From NCBI GenBank assembly GCA_041662205.1, contig JBAZSZ010000002.1:27957-91956 (forward strand): a stretch of 64,000 bases of DNA, given 5' to 3'. The position numbers were made by a program, and so were the translations under genes. The DNA comes from Minisyncoccota bacterium (GTDB taxonomy: Bacteria; Patescibacteriota; Minisyncoccia; Phycocordibacterales; UBA9973). This document shows, one piece after another, positions 1 through 9,810 of the stretch (within the stretch, counting starts at the first letter, position 1; each line of letters starts with the position of its first letter). The notes beneath the pieces were generated by a model. That model was not told the origin of the DNA. It was given only the letters and a program-made list of their open reading frames with translations, and ran no database searches.

Positions 1-441
1 AATCGGCACTAAATTAAAAATACCCAGAGCTAGATTCACTATGACAATAGCTGAAGTTATAAAATAAAAACTATCAGGCAAAACAAAACTATAAGAAATA
101 CGAATGATAATACCAAACACAATGGCAATAAAAAAATTGGCTATTACACCAGCAGAAGCGACAGCTATCGTCCCCCATTTTTTATCACTCAAATTATTTG
201 GATTATAAGGTACTGGTTTTGCCCACCCAAAAAGAAAACCAGCTTGTGATAAAATCAAAACTGCTGGTAAAATTATAGAACCAAATAAATCTAAGTGATT
301 AATCGGATTTAAGGTCAAACGACCAGCGTTTCGCGCAGTATCGTCTCCAAAATATTCTGCCATGAAACCATGCGAAACCTCATGGATCACCACAGACATG
401 ATAAGGATAGCTATATAAAAAATTGCGTCAGCGCCTTGCAT
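1..441 (-). CDS. Site-2 protease (M50) family, 3' end runs off the window
   Basis: Manual translation from ATG at 441: MQGADAIFYIAILIMSVVIHEVSHG (HExxH), GRLTLNP, FGWAKPVP, FNLVPI. Confidence 0.9.
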   Translation of the reverse strand, partial: MQGADAIFYIAILIMSVVIHEVSHGFMAEYFGDDTARNAGRLTLNPINHLDLFGSIILPAVLILSQAGFLFGWAKPVPYNPNNLSDKKWGTIAVASAGVIANFFIAIVFGIIIRISYSFVLPDSFYFITSAIVIVNLALGIFNLVPI

Positions 442-473
442 AATGATGTTTCTAATGATAGCATAGAAAAGTT

Positions 474-725
474 ATGAAAAAAATATGTCAAATAACCAAA
501 AAAGGTTCCATTGTCGGAGGAGGATACTCTAACAGAACCCGTGCTACCAAATTCAACCCAACAGGCAAGAAACGCAAATATCCCAATCTTCAAAAGAAAA
601 GGATTTTTGTAACTGAATTAAATAAAACTATCAACATAGAAGTCACTGCCCGTGGCATGCGCACGATGAAAAAGCGAGGCACCTATGCTACTCTTCTCAA
701 GGCTGGACTAATCCAAGCTAAATAA
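474..725 (+). CDS. rpmB: 50S ribosomal protein bL28
   Basis: CQITKK...KRKYPNLQKKRIF...EVTARGMRT pattern. Confidence 0.9.
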   Translation: MKKICQITKKGSIVGGGYSNRTRATKFNPTGKKRKYPNLQKKRIFVTELNKTINIEVTARGMRTMKKRGTYATLLKAGLIQAK

Positions 726-756
726 AAAAACCTCACTTAAAGTGAGGTTTTTTTAT
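725..756. terminator. Bidirectional intrinsic terminator
   Basis: A-run, cctcactt-a-aagtgagg stem, T-run between convergent genes. Confidence 0.85.
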
Positions 757-757
757 T

Positions 758-2044
758 TTACGCTGGCACGAAGGTTAAGGCTGTTCCCTTTTTGCCACTT
801 CGGCCAGTTCGGCCTATACGGTGCACGTAAGTGTCATAGGTTTGTGGCACGTCGTAGTTGATGACATGAGTAACATCTGGGATATCCAGCCCTCTTGCCG
901 CAACATCTGTAGCAATTAAGATATTTATTTGATCTTTCTTGAATGAATCTAAAATACGAATACGTTCTCGACTTCTTTTATCTCCATGAATTCCTCCAAC
1001 TTTAAAACCCATATGCCCAAGTTCTTTTGCTAGAGTATCCACACTATGTTTCATTTCTCTAAAAATTAAAACTTTATCTGAGCCGTCCTTTTTTAAAACT
1101 TCGTGCAATTTTTCTAATTTTTCTTCTTTTGTTTTCACTCGGATTACATCTTGATCAATATTTTTTGCTGTCTCACCAGAGATCACAGAAATAAAAACGG
1201 GTTTTTTCAAATATTGTTCTGTTAATTTCTTGATTTCTGGAGAAAGAGTCGCTGAAAAGAAAAGAGTTTGACGCTCCGCTGCGGTTTTTCCGATTATATA
1301 AACCATATCATCGCGAAATCCCATGTCGAGCATTCTGTCTGCTTCGTCGAGTACCACGGAATGACAAGTAGATAAATCTAAAACCTTTTTTTCAATCAAG
1401 TCCCGTAGACGCCCTGGAGTTCCGATAACAAAAGAAACTCCCATTTTTATTTCACGAATTTGTTTCATAATTGGTAAGCCTCCCACACAAGCTACTGAAA
1501 ACATTCCAAAACCAAAAGCAAAATTCTTAAAATCAGCTTCGATCTGGAGAGCGAGCTCACGAGTCGGCGCCATTATCAAAACTGTTTCTCTTTTACTCTG
1601 ACCTTTTGTCTTTGCGATTTTCTCAATTAAAGGCAAAAGAAATGCTGCGGTTTTACCTGTACCAGTGTTCGCCATACCGAAAACATCTTTGCCTTCTATT
1701 ACGGCATTCATGGCTTGATCTTGGATAGGACGTGGATTCGTAAACCCTGCTCTCTCAATATTTTTATGAAGCTGTGCATTAAAAGGAAAATCGGCAAAAG
1801 TGTGTTTTGCTACATATGGCTTTTCTTCCACATGCGTTCCTTTTTTAATGAAACGAGAAAAATCTATCCGTTCACCACGGGATCTTTTATTACTTGAAGG
1901 TCTCCCACCTCCAAAGCGAGGTCTAGAATTACTTCTAAATCCACCCGACTTACTAGAACTTGGTCTACTAAACTTCGCGCCAGAGCGAGAAGTACTGTGT
2001 GCAGAAGCCGAAGCTCCACGCACGAAACTGCGTTTGTTAATCAT
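758..2044 (-). CDS. DEAD-box RNA helicase
   Basis: Q motif, GTGKT, PTRELA, DEAD, SAT, HRIGRTGR; start placed at MINKRS. Confidence 0.95.
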   Translation of the reverse strand: MINKRSFVRGASASAHSTSRSGAKFSRPSSSKSGGFRSNSRPRFGGGRPSSNKRSRGERIDFSRFIKKGTHVEEKPYVAKHTFADFPFNAQLHKNIERAGFTNPRPIQDQAMNAVIEGKDVFGMANTGTGKTAAFLLPLIEKIAKTKGQSKRETVLIMAPTRELALQIEADFKNFAFGFGMFSVACVGGLPIMKQIREIKMGVSFVIGTPGRLRDLIEKKVLDLSTCHSVVLDEADRMLDMGFRDDMVYIIGKTAAERQTLFFSATLSPEIKKLTEQYLKKPVFISVISGETAKNIDQDVIRVKTKEEKLEKLHEVLKKDGSDKVLIFREMKHSVDTLAKELGHMGFKVGGIHGDKRSRERIRILDSFKKDQINILIATDVAARGLDIPDVTHVINYDVPQTYDTYVHRIGRTGRSGKKGTALTFVPA

Positions 2045-2184
2045 ATATTTCTTTGTGTCATGGTAATCAATACCACGACATAAAGCCATAATTGATTTCC
2101 ATCACTTGCCCGCCTTTGTAGGGAGCGTCAGTCTCGTTATATTAAGCTCGTCCGCCTATGGCGTGAGTTGAGAATGATGTAAAA

Positions 2185-2213
2185 ACAATAGCATTTCTGC
2201 TTTATTTTGTCAA
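2185..2213 (-). promoter_or_regulatory. Sigma70 promoter for the helicase
   Basis: TTGACA-17-TATTGT on the minus strand. Confidence 0.65.
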
Positions 2214-2251
2214 TGTTTTATTAATTTGGATAAAAAAGTTATACTAAAAAT

Positions 2252-3124
2252 ATGAAAGCTTACTTGGATGTTGTAAAAAATGTTTTAGAAAATGGAGAAA
2301 AAAAGACTGATCGTACAGGAACAGGAACACTTACTATCTCGGGGGTTATTTTTAAACATGATATGAAAAATGGTTTCCCATTGTTAACTACTAAAAAAAT
2401 TCCTTTCCGTTTAGTTGCTTCTGAATTGGAATTTTTTATCAAAGGAATTACAGACAAAAAGTGGTTACAAGATAGGAACAATCATATCTGGGACGAATGG
2501 TGTACTCCCCTAAAAGTACCTTATGCACACGATGAACAAACAAAAAAAAAGATGTTAGAAGAAAGAGATTTGGGAACTATTTATGGTTGGGAATGGCGAC
2601 ATTTTGGTGCTGAATATAAAGATTATCAAACAGATTATTCTGGACAAGGTATTGATCAATTAAAACGTATAGTAGAAATGTTAAAAACAAAACCGGATAG
2701 TCGACAGATGTTAGTGCTTGCCTGGAATCCAATGGACGTTGAAAAAGCAATTCCACCGTATTGTCATTATGCATTTCAAGTAACAGTTATAAACAATCGT
2801 CTTAATTTATTTTGGAACCAACGTAGTGTCGACGTAGCACTTGGATTACCTTTCAATATTGCGAGTTATGCAACTTTATTACATCTACTCGCTTTAGAAA
2901 CTGGACTAGAAGAAGGAATACTTACTGGATTTCTGGCTGACACACACATATATATAAATCATGTCGATGGATTAAAAGAACAGTTAACACGAGACCCTAA
3001 TAAATATAAATTATCACAAATTAAAACTAATAAATGGACATCTATTTTTGATTGGCAATATACAGATACAGAAATTATTAACTATGAAAGTTATTCTGGA
3101 ATTCCTTTTAAAATAGCAATCTAA
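2252..3124 (+). CDS. thyA: Thymidylate synthase
   Basis: DRTGTGT, FPLLTTKK, PYCH catalytic Cys, QRSVD, GLPFNIASY. Confidence 0.97.
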   Translation: MKAYLDVVKNVLENGEKKTDRTGTGTLTISGVIFKHDMKNGFPLLTTKKIPFRLVASELEFFIKGITDKKWLQDRNNHIWDEWCTPLKVPYAHDEQTKKKMLEERDLGTIYGWEWRHFGAEYKDYQTDYSGQGIDQLKRIVEMLKTKPDSRQMLVLAWNPMDVEKAIPPYCHYAFQVTVINNRLNLFWNQRSVDVALGLPFNIASYATLLHLLALETGLEEGILTGFLADTHIYINHVDGLKEQLTRDPNKYKLSQIKTNKWTSIFDWQYTDTEIINYESYSGIPFKIAI

Positions 3125-3126
3125 CT

Positions 3127-3618
3127 ATGATCTCCCTCATTGCAGCCATTGGTAAAAATAATGAACTCGGCAAAGACAATACTTTGCTTTGGCATCTGCC
3201 TGCTGATATAAAATTTTTTAAAGAAACTACCACACTGCACCCAGTAATAATGGGCAGGAAAACTTTTGAATCCATAGGACGCCCCCTCCCCAACAGAAGA
3301 AATATCGTAATTACCAGGGATTTGAATTATAAAAAAGATGGGGTTGAGCTTGTATACTCCCTAGGCGAAGCTTTGGATTTATTCCCAGACCCAAACGAGG
3401 AAATATTTATTATCGGGGGCGCAGAATTATATAGACAAACAATGTCTATCGCAGATAAGCTTTATATCACTCACATAGACGCTGAAGACAAAGACGCAGA
3501 TGCATTTTTCCCTGAAATTATTCCAATTGTTTGGAACGAAGTCTCACACATTGAACACGAGGCAGATGAAAAGAATATTTTTAAATATACTTTTTCAATT
3601 TACGAAAAGTTTCAATAA
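3127..3618 (+). CDS. folA: Dihydrofolate reductase
   Basis: WHLPAD, MGRKTFESIGRPLPNR, IIGGAELY; follows thyA. Confidence 0.97.
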   Translation: MISLIAAIGKNNELGKDNTLLWHLPADIKFFKETTTLHPVIMGRKTFESIGRPLPNRRNIVITRDLNYKKDGVELVYSLGEALDLFPDPNEEIFIIGGAELYRQTMSIADKLYITHIDAEDKDADAFFPEIIPIVWNEVSHIEHEADEKNIFKYTFSIYEKFQ

Positions 3619-3621
3619 ACT

Positions 3622-3951
3622 TTAAGGATCCTCGTCTGTCTTGATACGAATAAAAACATCCTTGCCCTCTGGAGATTTTTCTTTTATGTACTTTCTATGC
3701 TTATTTTTTTCTATTTTTTTAACTAATTCTTTTTCTAAATCAAAACCCATAGTTTCACACATGCCAAGGATAAAAATCATCACATCAGCAAATTCTTCCG
3801 CTACTCCAGATTGGTTTTTATTATGCTTAGAAAACGCCTCTGAGAGCTCTTCGTAAGCCCGACAAAATTCTTGAGCGATGTCGGTAGTATTGAACCCATG
3901 TTCAACTTTATTTCTCAACACTTCTTTTTGTAATTCTTTAAGATCCACCAT
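3622..3951 (-). CDS. MazG-like all-alpha NTP pyrophosphohydrolase
   Basis: EELSE...EEFADV motif; start placed at MVDLK. Confidence 0.8.
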   Translation of the reverse strand: MVDLKELQKEVLRNKVEHGFNTTDIAQEFCRAYEELSEAFSKHNKNQSGVAEEFADVMIFILGMCETMGFDLEKELVKKIEKNKHRKYIKEKSPEGKDVFIRIKTDEDP

Positions 3952-3955
3952 AAAA

Positions 3956-4462
3956 TTATTGGTCGTTATAAGGTTCAATTTTTTTATTTATAATTTCTAA
4001 CTTTACTCCGGCTTGCTTGAAAACAATTTTGGACTGTTTGGTTGCATGATAATCTTTTAAGGAAACAACTCTCTTAATACCTGCATTTATAATTGTTTTT
4101 GCGCAAGTATAACAAGGAACCATTTTGCAATATAATATTGATCCATCAATTGATGCACCGGAGCGCGCAGCATTTGCGATAGCGTTTAATTCTGCGTGAG
4201 CAGTTCTAAGACAATGACGAGAAACTGTTCCGTCTTCTCTGGTGAGAGTATGCATTTCATGACCTATGTCATCACAATGAGCAATACCCATAGGCGAACC
4301 GACATATCCCGTAGCAAGGATTCGTTTATCTTTCACGATTACACACCCACTTCTACCTCTATCACAAGTGCCACGAGTCCCAACCATTTCAACCATTTTC
4401 AAGAAATATTCATCCCAAGATGGTCTTTGGTATTTAGTAGTATTTTTGGCAGCCTTTTTCAT
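3956..4462 (-). CDS. dCMP deaminase (ComEB-like)
   Basis: RPSWDEYF, HAELNAI, PCYTC. Confidence 0.92.
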   Translation of the reverse strand: MKKAAKNTTKYQRPSWDEYFLKMVEMVGTRGTCDRGRSGCVIVKDKRILATGYVGSPMGIAHCDDIGHEMHTLTREDGTVSRHCLRTAHAELNAIANAARSGASIDGSILYCKMVPCYTCAKTIINAGIKRVVSLKDYHATKQSKIVFKQAGVKLEIINKKIEPYNDQ

Positions 4463-4487
4463 TTCTTAAATATACTCCCAAAAACAC

Positions 4488-4518
4488 AAAAAGCCAACAA
4501 CTTAATGTTGGCTTTTTT
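4488..4518 (-). terminator. Terminator after rplK
   Basis: aagccaaca...tgttggctt stem with A/T runs on both sides. Confidence 0.75.
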
Positions 4519-4528
4519 ATATTAAAAT

Positions 4529-4951
4529 TTATATTACATCAATGCCCATAGAACGAGCGGAGCCAGCGACGATGCGAATTGCGCCTTCCATATCTTTGGC
4601 ATTCAAATCAGCCATTTTCTTTTCAGCAATTTCTCCCGCTTGTTTTTTAGTTATCTTGCCCACTTTTGTGGAAGCATTTTTCCCAGAACCTTTTTCTATT
4701 CCAGCAGCTTTTAGGATAAGTCCTGTTACGGGTGGGGTCTTCACAACGAAATCATAACTACGATCTTCGTAAACTGTAATCTTTACAGACACCTTGTCCC
4801 CAGCCATTTTAGATGTGGCGGCGTTGAATTTAGTAACGAAATCTCCAATGTTAATACCAGCTTGTCCAAGTGCGGGCCCAAGTGGTGGCGCAGGAGTGGC
4901 TTTTGCAGCAGCTATTTGTAATTTAATTTTTTTGGTTATTTTCTTTGCCAT
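4529..4951 (-). CDS. rplK: 50S ribosomal protein uL11
   Basis: [21 protein letters not shown]. Confidence 0.98.
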   Translation of the reverse strand: MAKKITKKIKLQIAAAKATPAPPLGPALGQAGINIGDFVTKFNAATSKMAGDKVSVKITVYEDRSYDFVVKTPPVTGLILKAAGIEKGSGKNASTKVGKITKKQAGEIAEKKMADLNAKDMEGAIRIVAGSARSMGIDVI

Positions 4952-5006
4952 ATATCTTTTGTTATTTTGTTAGATTACTATAAAGTCGTATTAATTGCAA
5001 TTTCCT

Positions 5007-5051
5007 TAAATTTTCTTGGCCGCCGCCAGGCGGTCGGCATACAGAAATTTA
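5007..5051. repeat. Intergenic GC-core hairpin element
   Basis: taaattttct...agaaattta arms around ggccgcc-gcca-ggcggtc. Confidence 0.55.
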
Positions 5052-5066
5052 TAGTCGCTTTGCTCC

Positions 5067-5612
5067 TTAAATTTTCTTAACTTGCAAGAAGTCAAGCTCC
5101 ACTGGTGTCTCGCGACCAAACATCGAAACCAGCACTTTTACCTTACCACGATCTTGATCAATAGAATTTATCTTACCCTCAAGATCCTTAAATGGTCCAT
5201 CGGTAATGCGAACTGTCTCTCCCACTACCATGTCAATATTATGCCTAGCAGTACCCGCATCCATCTTTTTGAAAAGATAATCAACTTCTTCATTTTTTAA
5301 AGGAACAGGGTTCACTCCCGCTCCAACGAAGCCAGTCACTCGTGGAGTATTGCGTACTACATACCAAGAATCATCCGTTACGATCATGTCCACTAAGACA
5401 TATCCTGGATAAATTTTTTCTTCCACTTCCACTCGCTTACCAGCTTTAATTTTTATTTTCTTTTCAACTGGGACGATCACATTGAAAATTTTATCATTCA
5501 TGCCTAGAGAATCTATGCGCTGTTTCAAATTACGAAGAACAACGTTTTCGTATCCGGCATAAGTATGAATGGCATACCAATTTCTAGTTCCTAATGTTTC
5601 CTGTTTTGACAT
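5067..5612 (-). CDS. nusG: Transcription factor NusG
   Basis: WYAIHTYAGYE, YPGYVLV, VRNTPRVTGFV, FGRETPVEL. Confidence 0.98.
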   Translation of the reverse strand: MSKQETLGTRNWYAIHTYAGYENVVLRNLKQRIDSLGMNDKIFNVIVPVEKKIKIKAGKRVEVEEKIYPGYVLVDMIVTDDSWYVVRNTPRVTGFVGAGVNPVPLKNEEVDYLFKKMDAGTARHNIDMVVGETVRITDGPFKDLEGKINSIDQDRGKVKVLVSMFGRETPVELDFLQVKKI

Positions 5613-5616
5613 GTTT

Positions 5617-5802
5617 TTAAGGGGTAATTATTTTTTGTAAGCCTAGGGAGAAAATAAAATCAAAGATACCTAGGTAGTATGCAATCACCACAGATAAAAT
5701 AATAACTATCAGGGTATAGTACAAAGTCTGATTTCTAGATGGCCAAATCACGTGTTTTAATTCTGTTTTTGTCTCTTCTAAATATTCTTTAATTTTTGAC
5801 AT
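5617..5802 (-). CDS. secE: Preprotein translocase SecE
   Basis: ELKHVIWPS plus one TM helix; directly upstream of nusG. Confidence 0.95.
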   Translation of the reverse strand: MSKIKEYLEETKTELKHVIWPSRNQTLYYTLIVIILSVVIAYYLGIFDFIFSLGLQKIITP

Positions 5803-5920
5803 ACTTGTCCGCCTCTGGCGGATGATTTTTCTTTACCTTTTAAAAAAGCCCCCTTTCAAGGGCTCTTTTAAGAATACTCTTTTTTTCAAAATAGTCAATC
5901 CGTCAAAGTACAGAAGATGT

Positions 5921-6739
5921 TTATCTAATCTCGTAAGTTATCGTTACATCTGAGCTGATTGTGTTCTCTCCTTGCGGAATTACAGCCGGAGCTGGTACTG
6001 CTTCTGCATTATCTTTACTAAATCCAGAAGACGAAAACATGATTGGAAAATTGCCTGATTCACTGAAAGAAGTAATTTTACCTAAACGTACTCCTAAGTC
6101 TTTCGCCAAAACTTCTGCTTTTGCTTTTGCATCATCAATAGCTTTCTTCCTTGCTTCCGCTTTTAAGGTATCTTCTTTATCAATAGCAAAATTAGGACCA
6201 TTTAAATCAGAAACGCCCGTGGTTCCAAGTCCTTGCATCACATCACCCACAGAATCTATGTTACGAATTTTTACCGTGATGCTTTCACTTGCTGTATAGC
6301 CAAGAAGCACTTGTTTTCCGGGAGGACAAAAAAAAGGAGAACTTACTGTACCAGAATTCAATTGAGCTGGTTGCGGACATACAGCATTTCTAAATTCATA
6401 CTTTGGATTAAAAGATGCATTAGTAGTCTTGATATCCTTATCCGCTACCCCTTTTTCTTTCAAAAGATCTAAGGCTTTTTTCTCTATTACCGCTACTCCC
6501 GCCTGAGCATCTTTCACTGTTTTAGCATCTTGGCTAATGGTAAAATAAATATTTGCAATATCAGGCACAGCCGTAACTTCTCCATGACCAGAGAAAGATA
6601 TAGTATTGGGTGTTTTACTTCCATCTCTAAATCCCCTGCCTTCAAATAAAGCATTCGCAGCTACAACAGCTAAAAAGACAATAAGCGCAATTCTTAATCC
6701 ACGATATAATCTAATTTTTTGTTCTTGTAGTATTTCCAT
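5921..6739 (-). CDS. SIMPL/DUF541 family protein
   Basis: GHGEVTAVPDIA, ARKKAIDDAKAKA, VTITYEI; start placed at MEILQ. Confidence 0.88.
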   Translation of the reverse strand: MEILQEQKIRLYRGLRIALIVFLAVVAANALFEGRGFRDGSKTPNTISFSGHGEVTAVPDIANIYFTISQDAKTVKDAQAGVAVIEKKALDLLKEKGVADKDIKTTNASFNPKYEFRNAVCPQPAQLNSGTVSSPFFCPPGKQVLLGYTASESITVKIRNIDSVGDVMQGLGTTGVSDLNGPNFAIDKEDTLKAEARKKAIDDAKAKAEVLAKDLGVRLGKITSFSESGNFPIMFSSSGFSKDNAEAVPAPAVIPQGENTISSDVTITYEIR

Positions 6740-6791
6740 ATATTTGATTCCGCACTTCACCTCTCCTTGGCGAGGAAAGTAGACGAGCAAG

Positions 6792-7292
6792 TTATTTAAT
6801 TGCTAATAATTCAACATCAAAAATCAATGTGGCATTTGGGGGTATTACTCTCCCAACTCCAGTAGCACCATAAGCATCCTCTGGCTTTATAATAAGAGTT
6901 TTCTTTTCTCCTACTTTCATTCCAACAATCCCTTTATCCCAACCAGGAATCACTTGTCCACCACCTAATTTAAATTCAAAAGGTTGTACATGATTAAATT
7001 TTATATCAACATTTGAATCAAAAACCGTACCATTTTCTAAACGACCGGTGTAATTCACTGAGACTGTATCCCCTGTCTTTGCTATATCTCCTGCGGGAAT
7101 AGTATTCTCGGCTGGAATTGTATTATCAGAAACATTATTTGCAATATCATTCACATTATTATTTGAAGGCATATTTTCATTATTTACTTTATTATTCATA
7201 CTAATAAAAACCAAAACTCCCAAAAAAACTAAACAAATTACTACGGCTAAAACTATATTCATATTATTTTTATTTGTATTTTCTTCTTGCAT
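6792..7292 (-). CDS. FKBP-type peptidyl-prolyl isomerase with N-terminal anchor
   Basis: VNYTGRLENGTVFDS, VIPGWDKG, IPPNATLIFDVEL. Confidence 0.95.
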   Translation of the reverse strand: MQEENTNKNNMNIVLAVVICLVFLGVLVFISMNNKVNNENMPSNNNVNDIANNVSDNTIPAENTIPAGDIAKTGDTVSVNYTGRLENGTVFDSNVDIKFNHVQPFEFKLGGGQVIPGWDKGIVGMKVGEKKTLIIKPEDAYGATGVGRVIPPNATLIFDVELLAIK

Positions 7293-7345
7293 AACTTTAA
7301 GAATTACTTAAGCTTTTAATAACTTAATTATACACTCTAAAAAAC

Positions 7346-8359
7346 TTAAATCAAATTAACTTCGGGCACTAAATCTACGCCAAATTTTTCTTTTACGGAT
7401 ATGATTATTTTATTCGCTAATTCGAGAATCTCTAAACCAGTCGCTCCTCCATAATTTACCAAAACCAAAGCGTGTTTTTCGTGGACACCTACATTCCCCA
7501 CCTTTTTCCCCTTCCACCCACGCTGTTCAATCAACCAAGCAGCGGGGATTTTTGTTATTCCGCCTTCTTGATAATGTGGCATATCGGGATAAGTTTCCAA
7601 AAGGGTTTGTATTTTTTCTTTTTCTAAAAAAACATTCCTAAAAAAACTCCCAACATTACCAAGAACAGCTGGATCTGGCAATTTAGTTTTGCGCATAAAA
7701 GCTATAGCATTACTTATATCTTTTGAACTATTAAGCCCTATTTTATTTTTTTCCACATACTCTGAAAATCCTCTGTAATTAATATTTTTCATCGAAATTT
7801 TGCTCAGTTTTAGAGTTATGGCAAAAATAAAATATTCTCCCTTAAATTTATTTTTAAAAACACTATCATGATAACTAAACTCGCACTCCTCTTTTTTAAA
7901 AACCGTCTTTTCTTTATTTAAAATTCTATACGCTTCGACACTTTCAAGAACATCTGCCAGCTCTACCCCATAAGCTCCAATATTTTCTATCGGGGCAGCT
8001 CCGACAGTTCCAGGAATTAATGTTAAATTTTCAATACCCCAATACCCTCTATCAACAGAGAACATCACTAGATCATTCCAGTATTCACCCCCCATTGCCC
8101 GAATATAAACATTTTCAGAATCTTCTTCTGTAATATCTATCCCTTTTAATTTATTTAAAATTACTATTCCATCAAAATCTTTAGTAAATAAAATATTACT
8201 TCCTCCTCCAAGAAACATTTTTTTATTATTTTTAAATTCAGAAAGATTAAAAAGTTCTTCTAAATCTTTTTCAGATTTTACTTCCACAAAAAATTTAGCC
8301 TGAACACTGATACCGAAAGTGTTTAATTTTAAAAGGTTGTAGTTCTTAAGAATTTCCAT
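7346..8359 (-). CDS. murB: UDP-N-acetylmuramate dehydrogenase
   Basis: LGGGSNILF, IPGTVGAAP, GNVGSFF, HALVLVN, PEVN; start placed at MEILK. Confidence 0.95.
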   Translation of the reverse strand: MEILKNYNLLKLNTFGISVQAKFFVEVKSEKDLEELFNLSEFKNNKKMFLGGGSNILFTKDFDGIVILNKLKGIDITEEDSENVYIRAMGGEYWNDLVMFSVDRGYWGIENLTLIPGTVGAAPIENIGAYGVELADVLESVEAYRILNKEKTVFKKEECEFSYHDSVFKNKFKGEYFIFAITLKLSKISMKNINYRGFSEYVEKNKIGLNSSKDISNAIAFMRKTKLPDPAVLGNVGSFFRNVFLEKEKIQTLLETYPDMPHYQEGGITKIPAAWLIEQRGWKGKKVGNVGVHEKHALVLVNYGGATGLEILELANKIIISVKEKFGVDLVPEVNLI

Positions 8360-8419
8360 ATATATATCATATATCATTAGTGGATGGACATCTAGGCACA
8401 CTTCGCATAAACTTTAGAT

Positions 8420-9778
8420 ATGATCGAGTTTCCTGATGAGGCTCTAGCTGATACAGAACAAACTGTTACGTTAGATAAAAAAATTAAAAAAAAGAAAACT
8501 CCAAAACGATTTGGGAATTTTTTGAGAATCCTTGGTCCCGGCATTGTTACTGGAGCAGCAGATGATGATCCTTCAGGTATTGCCACTTACTCTCAGGCGG
8601 GAGCACAGTTTGGTTTTATGATGCCTTGGACTATGCTCTTTACTCTTCCGCTTATGGTGTCTGTGCAAGAAGCTTGTATGCGCATAGGAGCTGTCACCGG
8701 TAAAGGACTAGCAGCAGTAGTCCGTGAAAACTATCCCAAAAAAATATTATATCCAATCGTGTTACTCGTAGTGTGCGCCAATACTCTCAACATCGGTTCA
8801 GATATTGGAGCAATGGCAGCGAGCACTAGACTCATTATTCCCAATATTCCATTTTCAGTTTTGGCGGTTGGTTTTGCTTTGCTTATTATATTATTGGAAG
8901 TACTTATACCTTATCGTACTTATATTCGTATTTTGAAATGGTTAGCAATGACTCTGTTTGCTTATTTTATTACAGCCTTTTTAATTGCCGTTCCTTGGGG
9001 AGAAGTATTAAAAGCTACACTCTTGCCTCAAATTCAATTTAATAAATCTTTTTTATATATTATCGTCGGTATTTTTGGTACAACCATTTCACCGTATTTA
9101 TTCTTCTGGCAAACGAGTAATGTTGTAGAAGACAGTATTGCTAAACATAAAATACCACAACATGGCGGTGTCCCCAAATTAACAAAATCATATTTAAAAG
9201 ATCTGCGCATCGACAATGTTGTAGGCATGTTATTTTCCAATGTTACCGCTTGGTTTATTATCGTCGTCGGAGCTGTAGTACTAAACCATGCTGGAGTGAC
9301 AAACATCAATACTGCTGCTGACGCTGCCCGCGCTCTTGAACCATTAGTGCATACATTTCCCAATGCCGGATTTTTAGCAAAACTTATTTTTGCTATTGGT
9401 ATTATTGGTATTGGTCTTCAGAGTATACCCGTCTTGGCAGGGAGTTCTGCCTATGCTGTAGCAGAAACCTTTAGCTGGAAAGAAGGATTGTTTCGTAAAT
9501 TCAAGCAATCACGTAATTTTTATTTCGTCATAATTGTAGGTACCTTGGTCGGACTGGTTTTTAATTTTATAGGTTTTGATCCTATTAAGGCACTTATCTT
9601 TACAGCAGTATTCAACGGTATAGCCGCCGTCCCCCTCATTTATTTTATCACCCGACTTTCTAGTCGAACTGATGTGATGGGTGAATACAAAAGTGGTTCT
9701 GCTTCCAAGCTCGGACTTTGGACTGCTTTTATAGTCATGGGTCTTTTTGCGATAGCTCTCTTGATATCTTTTCTTTAA
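8420..9778 (+). CDS. NRAMP-family divalent metal transporter
   Basis: GPGIVTGAADDDPSGIATYSQAGA, GTTISPY; many TM helices. Confidence 0.9.
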   Translation: MIEFPDEALADTEQTVTLDKKIKKKKTPKRFGNFLRILGPGIVTGAADDDPSGIATYSQAGAQFGFMMPWTMLFTLPLMVSVQEACMRIGAVTGKGLAAVVRENYPKKILYPIVLLVVCANTLNIGSDIGAMAASTRLIIPNIPFSVLAVGFALLIILLEVLIPYRTYIRILKWLAMTLFAYFITAFLIAVPWGEVLKATLLPQIQFNKSFLYIIVGIFGTTISPYLFFWQTSNVVEDSIAKHKIPQHGGVPKLTKSYLKDLRIDNVVGMLFSNVTAWFIIVVGAVVLNHAGVTNINTAADAARALEPLVHTFPNAGFLAKLIFAIGIIGIGLQSIPVLAGSSAYAVAETFSWKEGLFRKFKQSRNFYFVIIVGTLVGLVFNFIGFDPIKALIFTAVFNGIAAVPLIYFITRLSSRTDVMGEYKSGSASKLGLWTAFIVMGLFAIALLISFL

Positions 9779-9810
9779 TCAATACAAGGAAATTTTTATA
9801 TTTACTGTTT

